Below the pieces are notes generated by a model. It was not told where the DNA came from and ran no database searches. It saw only the letters and a list, made by a program, of their open reading frames with translations. DNA of 61,359 bases, the filler included, from Sphacelaria rigidula (lineage: Eukaryota): NCBI GenBank assembly GCA_964200075.2. It is 9 parts of 9 records of this genome, joined end to end, with 100 filler letters (N's around TTAATTAATTAA, not from the genome) between each part and the next. Parts side by side here need not be neighbours in the genome. Positions count along the whole stretch, not along the records: positions 47,804 to 54,531 come from CAXNAA020018388.1; positions 54,632 to 61,359 come from CAXNAA020018389.1; 7 more parts are not named here. One strand, given 5' to 3'. Positions 50,486-61,359 of this stretch are shown one piece after another; position 1 is the first letter of the stretch; every line of letters begins with the position of its first letter. Position numbers and translations under genes: made by a program.

Positions 50486-53400
50486 GTAAGCAGCTGGTTT
50501 CATGTCGCAGCAGATTTGTCTGCGCGACGTTTCTATGATCGTCAGTTACGGATATACTCTGTACGTTGTTCTCCTCTGACATTTTGTAGTACAAGTATGT
50601 TTTGAGAATGTATACCGTCAGCTGCTCCACGGTCCAAGTCTGGCCGTAGTAGTGGTGTACAATTTAGTACCCTGGCTACTCTATTTTTATTGTGGTTGTT
50701 CAAGGTGGGGCTTATGCTTGCTGTAGCTACTTCGCATGTTTCCTATCAAACGCTTCCGTTTGACGGAAACGTGGATCGTGGATTTTTTTCTTCTTAGCTT
50801 TTGTGTTCCGAAATGTTCCCACCCGCGTCATGTTGTGCACGACCGCGACTTGGCTCGGTGAGCAAAAACATCCCATCGCTCAAGTATCTAAGTTTCTGTT
50901 TGTTGCGGCGATCACCTCTAACTGGTATAACCTCTGACCGCTCTACGCCAGCGTTCTTCACGGTGCCCCACAGCACTGACGGCTGTATGCGTGGTCTATT
51001 CATACGTAGATCGCCAGGGGTAAGCCTTGCGAACGGTTTAATCACAACAGCACATCAGTATTCACATGGGGGGCATTTGAAATCTACCATGTTGGAAACG
51101 CAGCCTGTCTTCGTACCCCTTACCCCTTCCACCAGTACGCAGACACAGCACTACCTCCTTTTTGTTGCACTTTAACCCCCCCCACCCCCCTCTCCTCGGG
51201 ATGAGTCCGTGGTCTCAAGGGATCAACCCATCTTTCCCCCGGTACACGCTATGCATTGTATTTTGGTCTCGCGGATTGGGCCAACTCTCCCGCACCGCGT
51301 CAACTCATCTCAAACAAACTCACTCGGCTACTTTGTTCACTCACGTTCGCATTATTTCCACGGTGGAAATCAGACATAACGAGGAAGAAAGCGAACGCAT
51401 CGTTCTCTCCACCCTAATATTTCAGCTACCCGGGGGACCCTTCTGTTCTAAAATTCAAATTCAAATTCACCGTCACCCCCAGAGAGGCTGCGGTAGAGCA
51501 ACCGCAAGGTGTGCAACCCGATCTAGTATCAGTATCTCACTTGTCCTGTATTTAGTGACACCGTCTCCGCTGCAGTGAGAAGTGAGCACTGCAGTACCCT
51601 ATCCCGCCTTGCGTGTTGAGGCGGTACTGTTGTTAGGGGGAGTCCCTCAGATCCGCTTTTCCTGTGGGTGTATATCGGAAAAAGATATAACTGCAGTCGC
51701 GAGAGCCGTGCAGCAGTACAGTAGTGAAAATGAAATTGTTTTCATCAGTGTGTTCATCTTCATTTTTTCAACATTTATTTCGTCACTTGTTTGCCGAGCT
51801 TTGGCGGAGGCATGTGGCTGTCCTTCGGGATGTGGGTAAGTTTATGTTTATATTTGTGTTGTTTCTCTCATTTTCTAAGGTAGAAGTGGTTTGTGGTGTC
51901 TGGTGGGGAAATTTCGCAGCTTGCACTATGGTCTAACTGTGCAGTCTGCTTCTTGATGCTTTGCTGGTCTTCTTGTTGGTGTTTTTTGTTTGGCGCATCC
52001 AAATTCAATCTCTCTCTTCACAGTACATGGTAAATGTGCCCATGGTGTGGAGGTATGCACTGGTCGATGGGAGCAGACACATTAATGGCCGTCTCCATCA
52101 GCTCGTATCACTGTGCATGCAATGAAACAAGAAGTACGCACTTTGTCCTGCTGTGATCAACCCCTTACAACCGCGAGTATTTCATATTTCATTAAGAAAA
52201 TGCAAACACTGCTGTTTCATGCCTGCTTCCAAGGCGCACTCTTGTGTCATGTAATCATTGTATACTAGAACCCGCACTGCTGTAGCCTATCTACTATCAA
52301 CTGTACTGCTGCTATTCCCTGTGGTGACTGCTCAATTGCATACTCTGACCGATACAAAAGCAGCAGGATTTCGAATCGAGATTGAGCATCGTACTGTAGA
52401 CGTCTCGTCCGTTCTTGGAATATCGACAAACACACCGGGACCGTCTTTTTTTCGTCAGTTCTTTCACACTATCGATCTAACCAGGCTCTCGTGTCGATCG
52501 TCAACACTGCTCGGCACCCATTTTTTACGGCGCCTGTCAGACTAAATCTTCGCAGCAACAAAAAAAATGACGCAAAAAGTGCGGTGGGAAAGAAAAAAAT
52601 GCAAAAATTTGATGGGTCGTTATCTGAACACAAATGGCACGGACATAAATGACTACCTATCCTGACCTGTCAGATCGGATTTATTCTCCCCGCCGCCATT
52701 TTTGACTCAAATAATAACTCAATAAGACACAACCCCAGGGGCTGTCTCATAAAAGAACCTGGTTACTTGTACTCTTGGAGAGAAAATGTTGCCTAACTCA
52801 TTCTGCCTGTCGTCATTCGTAGTGAGTTTGGGGTACAGATGGATTTCACAAAGCGTACCAAGATACGGAGATAGACGCTATGAATCATGGCAAATATCAC
52901 CCCGCACATCAAAGCTGTTCAGACCTCAACCCTTGCACGGCGAAGGTGGTCCATCTGGATCATGCATGCTGTCTTCAAGTGAAAGTGATGGCGATTCAAC
53001 AGATGGTCCACTCTTACCGTGTCAGGGTTTATCACAAGATGCGCGGGCGCGCGACACAAGATCTGAATAGCTCACAGCGTGGCTTTCGATCAGCTGGTTG
53101 ATTGTGTGCTCGGTTTTGTTTCAGTCTCCAGTGAACCGAGAGAACGTTATTTGTCTATTTTCGAATAATCGCATCCTTTCAGGCTGGCGATTTTGGTGCA
53201 AAAAAGGAAGCAACAAAATGAACAGTGAAACTGTTGCTCGCACAATATTGCACGAGCGCCACTAAAAAAAATTGCCTCATAGCGAGGTGGAGGACTGTGG
53301 TTACTTTTGAAGGTGTCAGGCGTCTAGTATGAGCGTGTGTAGATGGTGAGGCATGGCTTAACCCTTTGGGAACCCTCCCCTCCCGTCCCCGGGCCAGACG

Positions 53401-54698
53401 CCTCATTATGAGNNNNNNNNNNGAAGTGTGTCCAATTATGTGCATCGACGAAACTCTCGCAAACAGTACATGCTCCTACACATGTGGTTTTTGTCAGTAG
53501 AATCTGTGAAATACCTCAATTCGAGTTCGGTGCACCAATTCGTCACATTAAAATACTTGAACTTAAAGTGGCGCACTATTATACCGCACTATTATACTTG
53601 AAATTAGATTAGTGCACCGTTTCGGTGGGCTGCATCATCAAGACTTGACGAGCGTAGGAACCCACACTATACGGCCGGCGACAACGATATGGCGGAGCAC
53701 GTGGAAATCCCGTCGCCACATATGGAAGCGCTGAAGAGCGACCCATATGCAATTCACGTTCAGCTGGAAGAGGTGGCTGAGAAGCACGGCCAGGACGCTG
53801 CCAGGCGTTTCGCTGAAAAATCTGCAAGAGCGGTTGGGCCAGCCCATTGCCCCACGGCGAACACCGCCCCCCCCGCTCGCTTACCAAACGTCAAAACAGT
53901 AACCGGGGCAAGTGAAAACGCTGCGAGGCACGCAGGATTATGTAGGAGATACCGGGCGGACGTGATTGCAAGCTTCCAGAGAGGCGATACACTAGCAACT
54001 GGTCGACAAACGACTGGGACAGCCTTTCGCAACCAGCCTAACCCAACTACAACTACGGTCAGTAACTACACTTCACTACAGTCCAATATAACTGAGCAAC
54101 GATGTAACGGTCTCCCATGCCAGAAGACAGACGGTATGCAATATCATTCCATGAAACCCCAACGCCACCCACGAGGACAGACGGTCCAAAGACGATAGCG
54201 CCAGCCGGAGTAATACACCTCATGCCGCATAAAGTACGGCTGTGCAACATTCAGGCATGACCAACCCCCGCTATAGAGGTGGTGTCGTGGGAACGTGCAG
54301 CACAAAGCGCAGGATGAGATATGCCGTAAGATCACAGCCTACAAAGCGACAGCCTGTATCGGATATGCCAAGGTGGCGGCCCCCGCCTACGCTGCACGAG
54401 GAGTTTGTATAACGGCGGGGTACATGACATCCTCGTCGCCGTCATGGTATGATCAAACCGCAGTTTGGTGCCGTATAAACGCGTACGACAGAGTAAAGTA
54501 GCGTCCACGGCATGAGTTTACCCTTGACATGNNNNNNNNNNNNNNNNNNNNNNNNNNNNNNNNNNNNNNNNNNNNTTAATTAATTAANNNNNNNNNNNNN
54601 NNNNNNNNNNNNNNNNNNNNNNNNNNNNNNNGCCCTAACCCTTCGCCCCCCCGCAGTTTCCCCCTCCCCTTGTTACACTCCCCCGCCGGGGGGGGGGG

Positions 54699-54742
<44 letters not shown>

Positions 54743-54863
54743 AGCAAGGCTGTGATGTCGGTCGTGCTCTGTTCCATTACCCTCAGCCCTGACCCTGATC
54801 ATGTGAGTGTTACGCAGATTTTATCGGCCGAGTCGTGAAAAATGTCACCAGAGTGAAGCTTAA

Positions 54864-54942
54864 CCCTTGGAACTCCAACATTGTCATCAATTTCACTTTG
54901 AATAATGGATGACCCAGATGGCTTATCCTCGCGGTCAAGGGG
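54864..54942. mobile_element. piggyBac-like miniature element, inverted relative of 12015-12114
   Basis: TTAA|CCCTTGG...CGCGGTCAAGGGG|TCAA; shares catcaatttcact...cccagatgg with the other copy. Confidence 0.55.
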
Positions 54943-57900
54943 TCAACACGCTCAACGCCCAACGCCCTGGCCCTTCTCGTGAATGGACGTTAAGAAAACA
55001 GCCTCTTGAGGGGAGGGAGGGCTTCGGGACATACATTTTCGATGGTAAAACGGAGCGCACATGAGAAAGGTCGTTGCCACGTATGTTATGCCGAGCGTCA
55101 TGGCTATTTGTGAAAAAGCAACATCAACAGCATCTTGCTGTTCCAGGACAACGCTAAAATTACCGCACCGGCAGAAGAAACGGCATGTTGATAGACAGAA
55201 ACCGGTTCTCGTTTAACAGCCGAGCAGCGCGGCGTAGGGCGTGTATGTTAGGCGGTATAAGTGCTGCAGGAGACGCGTGCGAGTGTGGCTGGGTGGTACT
55301 GTGCATCTGTGCGTTGGGTTTAGGAAACTCTCCCGATACCAAGTTTCAACTCAACAGGACGAGCGCGAGTGTAAACACGAGCAATCCGCAGCAGTGAGCT
55401 GGGCCCACTCCCAACTCCCTGCTCCCTATGCATAAAACAAAGTACTGCATTGACCACCATTCTCATCCCCACATGCGCTTCAGAGCTCCTAGTCCCGCGA
55501 TATTCAGCGCTCCCCAGGGGGGTGGGTAGGGGCTGTACTCATGACCGTGCATGCGGAAGTCATGAGAATGAGGCCGACTTCGCATCCCTACAAAGCCTGG
55601 ACAGAGCACGCCGGGTTTTCGCCGGACCAGGTTCGCAATCACCAAGCGCGAAGCGCCGTGGTGTATTCGGCGAGTAGCATGAGGAGTGACCTGCATTCTG
55701 CTAATATTGTTAATTGTTCAGCCCAAAGCATACTACACGTCTTGCATATGGATAGCAGCTTACAACGGGTTGTTTCATTTTCTGGTATCGCAACTTCCAG
55801 AGACAGCCATGAGTTACGCTGCCGATGTCTCACCACTCAAGCACTTCGCAGTGCGATCACCCGCTTGGCGCAGAGTGTAGGTTCTCCCTCCCCACACAAA
55901 AAGATCGAACTCGACCACAATCATGGTTATCGCAAAAAAACGCCATGAGAACAAAACGGTAATACAGTTGCCTAGCTTACGCAGTGAGTAGCGTGTTATA
56001 CAGCATCGCTGCCAACCGACGCCATGTAGTGGGGGGAGAGTGGATCCTAGATCAGCGAAAAAGCTTTCGAACTCAACCATGACTGTTCCCAGGAAATGTC
56101 AAATTACATGAAAAAGCCAATTTTCCAGAAGCCGAGAAAAAGGTGTCGTCTGACCAACCAAAAGGCAGCAAGATGTTGGAAATATTTCGTGACTCGTGGC
56201 GTTTGGTACTGTTCTCAAAACAGGCCGACTACCGTCGTAGAGACAGTAGTATAGCAGAGGTTGCACAGCAGTAGTCAAACTACTTGCTTCTGCAGCAGAC
56301 AGAAAGTTCGAAGACAAAAATGGTGTTCGGGGCTTTTCACTTCGGCCGAACAAAATCAAGCCAGCCTCTTTTGCAAGCAGAGCGCTGAGGAAATGAAGAA
56401 GAGCTGGATGAGCTTGGTGAGCTTGGCAGAGTGATTGCAAGGGCGATAGGAACCACCGATTACAAACATGCTCAATCTTGAAAGAAGAATCAAACACTCT
56501 ACACGTACGTAAGGTCTAATCGTATCATTCAATTCAAACTCGCTATTGCTGACGCGGTAGCCTCACCAACTTAGATCAACTGCAAAGTTGCACACAAGAT
56601 ATCCTCTAGCTTACGTGGCCTACACTCTGCTAGAGTATCGTCCATTGACAAATCATGGCAACACGCCAACTCCGTCAATATCCTACTTGAAACGTCATTC
56701 ACACAGGTGGGCTATAAATCAACACAAAAGAGGTACTCCCCGTGAAAAGGACACTAATGAAACGGTCTGACATGGTTCGTTGTTTCGTTGGACAGTGATG
56801 GATTGTACCGTCATTTTTTGTTGCAACGACTTCATTCAAACACAAGAAATATAGACTGCATCGTCTACATTTTTGCAACACAATACGAGGCTTTGCGTGC
56901 CGTCACGCATTGCCCGACAGTGCACATTGGCGGCAAAGGTATGTTTCATCACCTGTTGGCGACGACGGTTGAATTTACACGAGATACTTCCTTCGAGGTG
57001 GTCTTCTCACACAAGTCCCCCCCAACAGTGCTCCGTCTCGAAAGAGATGCGATGTCGATGGTCGAACGACTAAGACAAGCAACACATGAGTACCCCCCCC
57101 CCCCCCTAATAGCCTTCTGCGGCGGAAATCCGGCGTTCTCCGTCCCCGTTTTGTAGGGACGGACCCCCTATGGGGTTTGAGTCGGTTGGCGATGAAGCTG
57201 TAAAACCCGCCACTCACTGAGTAAGCAAGGCAACCAGGTTTGAGATTCGTTTTTGCGCGCTTGCGATTATCTGCGGTATCCATGATGGTAGTCGATCTAG
57301 ATCATATCGTGCAAGGTGAGAGAACCTCAACTCTGCGCAAAGGAGATGATCATACTACGTACCAGCAGTGTTCAGATGGTGCGGCACCCATGAGACAGTG
57401 TATAGGCCGCGGCTGTCTCTAGAAGTGGAAATGACAAAAAATCAACCCATCGGAGGCTGTCATCCAAATGCAAGATAATCAGAACGCTTCGGGCCTAATA
57501 TTAGCAGCATGCAGCTCACCCTTTGTGCGACTCGCCGAACACACCACGGCGCTTCGCGCTTGGTAATTGATTGCGAGCCCGGTCCGGCATAAACCCGACG
57601 TGCTCCGTCCCGGCTTTGTAGGGATGCGAAGTCAACAGTCCTATGACTATGGCATACAAGATCATGAGTACACCCCCTCAGGGGCGCCAAGGGAGCCGCA
57701 CCTTGCACACCATGGTGATGGACGCAGACGCTCGATACTCTACTACAATCGGAGTGGAGTACGGTGGTGGTCAGCTTACGCCGTGGCCGATCATTTGAGT
57801 TTCGGTTGCAAAGCACGCCCAGAACGGGTCCGAGCGTTCGCAACCGACATCCTAAAAAAACTGAGGACGGAGCTTTTCATCGAGGATGATAAGCCGATAC

Positions 57901-58017
57901 ACTTGATTCTTTGCATCCAACCTAATCTTCCGAAAATGGTCGCATTCCTTGAACTACTGGTAGCTACTGGCAATTACTAGACGCAATACAAGTTCGGATT
58001 CCTATTACCGAGATTTT

Positions 58018-59672
58018 GAGGGGTCTACACGTTACACGTTCACAATCACGTTCACGTTACGTTGATCACGTTTGTAAAGGTTCACGCCCACGTTACGTGC
58101 AGTTTGGCACGTTGAAAAAATCAACGTTACGTCCATCACGTAAACACAAATCAACGTTTACGTTTCGTTACATGTAACGTAATATAAATCGTTTCATGGA
58201 ACGTGTAACGTCCAATATAAAGTTTCGTCGACACGTGTAACGTTCGATGTAACGTTTCATTCTGTGCATGTCCCGGCTCATCTACCAGTGTTCGAGGCGT
58301 TGTCACATGACATTACCGTGTACGTGATGCTGACGGTGGCCCGTCGTATGTTTGAGCGTAGGTGAATAATCTTATCGTGTAACGATAGTTTCTCTACAGT
58401 GTATCGTTCATTCGTTTTTGACCGTAATATTTTCACACCTTCTCTTTTATTTTCATCTTCTTATCTTCAATTTAAAATTTTGAAATGCTTGGTAATTCGC
58501 ACGGCAGTACATACTGTCCACACAACAGATTATGATCATAATTGGGCGCCGGCTTCAGTCGTCCTGACATATCGCAGACCAAACTATATCGAGTACCCTT
58601 GGTTCTATATATCTGTATAGGGTAGATGTATACAAGGGTGAACAAGATAGATCATCACGACCGTCTAAGGCAGGCGTACGTATGTATGTATGTATGTATG
58701 TATGTATGTATGTATGTATGTATGTATGTATGTATGTATGTATGTATGGCAGGTTTACATCGCGGTCCAGACAATCAATGCATTCATCTAGCGGGAGAAC
58801 TTCATCCCCCCACATGGGGGAAAAGATAAATTTCCCCACGCCTTTCATCATGACCGATCTTGCGCCACTTTATTTCAACCGGGGGCCCGTTTTTGTTGAA
58901 TCTGAGACGGCTACGGGTGTTCGTAAGCAAAGTAGAGCCTGCACGTGTAACGTAGTGCAGGCAGAAGTCATATCCCCTGCATCTGCATGCAACACCATGT
59001 ACGTGCATCTGCGTGTATCCTTGAACCTTACAGTCAAAACGGTGTTGAACTGAAGACATTGCCGACATCACCGCTGCTAAATCCGAGCCTGCCTCCCGTT
59101 GTCGCGAACAAGTGATTGACTACCTCGTGCTATAATACTGTGTGTGCCAAGTGCAGGGTGTTTGTATTCTTGTACTTCCACGTACTGTCTACTGTAGATG
59201 CAAAGTACAGCAACCACCTCGCGCTGAGATTGCAAGTACAGCCTGTACTTTTAAACTCGTACTGTTAGCAAAATACACGGCCTGTATTTGTACCGTTCTA
59301 TAGTAGTTACTTTGTCTTCCAGGATTGCAATATTCATTGAAAACATGAAGTGTGCACCGCTCCATGTCACGTGTTCATGACCTCCCACGTAAAGTGTAAC
59401 GTAATATGGAACGTTTCATTCAACGTGTAATGTCTAATGCACGTGTGCTGTGTGATAGATGTTGCATGTTCCATGAACCGTCTCAGATAACGCACTTTGA
59501 ACGGTTCAGCAATTTAACGTTTACGTTACGCTTCGTTTGGCACGTTGAAACAAATTGACGTCAGATGAACGTTTCATTCATCGCGTAACAAAAATTTTAC
59601 GTCACATTTCGGCCAAACCGTAACGTGAACGTAACGGGTAACGTTGTGGCATGTGTAACGTGTAGACCCCTG
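58018..59672. mobile_element. Non-autonomous hAT-like element (~1.65 kb) with ACGTT/AACGT subterminal arrays
   Basis: TIRs GAGGGGTCTACACGTTACAC / GTGTAACGTGTAGACCCCTG. Flanking 8-mers GAGATTTT and GAAATGTT match at 6 of 8 positions. Dense acgtt repeats extend about 250-300 bp in from each end. Confidence 0.8.
58678..58748. repeat. (TATG)n microsatellite
   Basis: About 17 TATG units. Confidence 0.95.
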
Positions 59673-60571
59673 GAAATGTTGGGGCCATGGGCAAAACCCC
59701 CCAAGAAACAATGCAGGGGAACTGAGATAATCAGAACAGATCGCCAACTTTCCCCAGAATCATTGTTCATGTTGGACTCCAAGTTTTGATTATCGGAATC
59801 CAGATTTTATTGGCGTGTAATACTTAATCAACAGCTACTACAGCGGTTCTCGGGCCCATGTATGTCGGCAAGATATGTGTAAAGCCGTTCGGGCCTACGT
59901 TTGTCGCCAAGAGGTTTCGAGCTTGTGTGTGTCGGCAAGGGAGAAAACACCTGTGTAATTGTTTCTGGTCATATCTCAGGAAGACCGAGCCAACACTTCC
60001 CTTGGCTGGTTCAGACCCCCTCTATATAAGAGAGAATAGGTATACTTCGAAAGACTATACGATGACCGTCAGCACACTCTTGTATTGCACTAGGAGGGTC
60101 TTCAGGCAACAGGCCCACCTACGTGGTGGAAGCTTCTACTGTGTGCAGTAGATGGAGCCATATCTCTCCCGCACACCTCCTACGAAATGCTCAACACTTC
60201 TGCAAGTAAGTCATATAGCACACCTGCATATATATACATACAAAGACACGAAGATCACGAGAGGTGACTGTACTAGTTTGTTTGCTACCTCGTCTGCGAG
60301 TTGTAAGTAAAGAAACCGGCTCGCAAACACGCTGCACGATGCAGCAATGCAGCCCACCCCGGAACCAGTTCCCAACACCACCACGAAGAAAGTGGCCATA
60401 AGCACTAGTGGCGACACAACCCCACGCGTGGGAGTGTCCACCACCACCTCGCTGTGTGTGTGTGCGGCTTTGTTTTGTCCGTTTCATCTAACTGACTGTA
60501 TTTCCCCCCGGGGACTGCCGGGGGAGCTTAGTAGACGATAGAGGTGCGGTAGCTCACGCTCGTGCCGGGCC

Positions 60572-60613
60572 AGGGCTAGGGTTAGGGCTAGTGTTAGGGT
60601 TAGGGTCAGGGGG
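60572..60613 (+). repeat. Degenerate interstitial (TTAGGG)n-like tract
   Basis: agggctagggttagggctagtgttagggttagggtcaggg. Confidence 0.7.
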
Positions 60614-61359
60614 GTCGTACATGCAGGGACTGACCCGATTGGATTTGAAAAACGTCGATCCTGAGGTATTTTAAACAACGGCGCGGACCTCCAAGCACGC
60701 GGTCCGTTAACGTATTACAGCGCGACGGGGATATCGCCTTGTTGTTACGTGTTCTGTAGAGCTTAGAGGCACGCCCTGTTCAAAACATGCTGCACCCTGA
60801 CGGTGGTGTTTCTTTTGAACTGTTCATCATGCTTGGGCTGCCGTATAAAAGCTTCTGGGTGAAGGTTACATGGCCAAAATTGCTTGCGTATCCCGGGACT
60901 ATTGGTTAAATATATGAAATTTCGGAATGACCTCAACCTCTCCAAAATGATGAACGCCAAATTCGATTCCACGCTCTTCATTCCTTCTCTGCTTGTATCG
61001 TGTTTGTGAGTTTTCTTCTGGGTCTATTTTTGTTCTCCTGGGTTAGATTGATTTTCTCATATCTTACTATAGGTATGTAGCTAGCCTGTGACCACGGCGT
61101 CCGCATCAGATGCCCGGGATGAATGTACCGCGCAGATATCGGAACGATTTTTGAAGTGAAGACAACAACAACAATACACAATACGGTGTGAGCACAGATA
61201 TATACCTTGGGAAGGTATGGATATATAGGTTCAATCCAAACATAAGTCCATGGCCTGAACATGTACCTCCCATCGATCAACCCACCCAACTCATTTATTC
61301 AGAACTTCAGACCAGCTGGAATTCAATATTGGAAGGTTATCAAGTTTGAAACCTGATGG

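Noticed and set aside
53689..54198. 169-aa ORF resembling a transposase C-terminus next to gcactattata repeats
   Set aside because: The resemblance is too weak to support without a search.
56381..56416. Possible micro-exon SAEEMKKSWMSL (PH-domain-like end) and a possible exon at ~57820-57960
   Set aside because: Splice sites are plausible, but no phase-compatible partner exons or recognisable family could be assembled.
60763..61359. Short AT-rich ORFs at the window end
   Set aside because: Stops occur in all frames and there is no recognisable family.

Overview
Eukaryotic, intron-rich, repeat-rich DNA. It is most likely a brown alga or other photosynthetic stramenopile, inferred from bipartite plastid-targeting leaders, a CFAP46-like flagellar gene and the intron and repeat style. 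The window is not one locus. It is nine contigs of 6729 or 6728 bp joined by identical 100-nt N/TTAATTAATTAA spacers, so adjacency across spacers means nothing. Partial genes reconstructed by hand from splice sites: (1) a cyclophilin domain spliced in frame to a >1086-codon exon carrying GLFG/FxFG motifs and a tandemly repeated EF-hand-like + RanBP2-type zinc-finger module, i.e. a RanBP2/Nup358-like domain set in a different order; (2) a MAP kinase first exon; (3) a USP36/42-like deubiquitinase; (4) seven exons of a CFAP46/TTC40-like gene; (5) an importin-beta-family first exon; (6) two first exons of plastid-targeted proteins. The rest is mobile DNA: a decayed Ty1/copia with a short LTR, an RTE-like LINE tail, a tRNA-derived SINE, internally deleted pogo-like and mariner elements (the mariner nested in a hAT element with a perfect 8-bp TSD), a second hAT-like element, piggyBac-like minis, a perfect hairpin and several unclassified dispersed repeats. 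Family assignments rest on motif recognition from memory, not on database searches.
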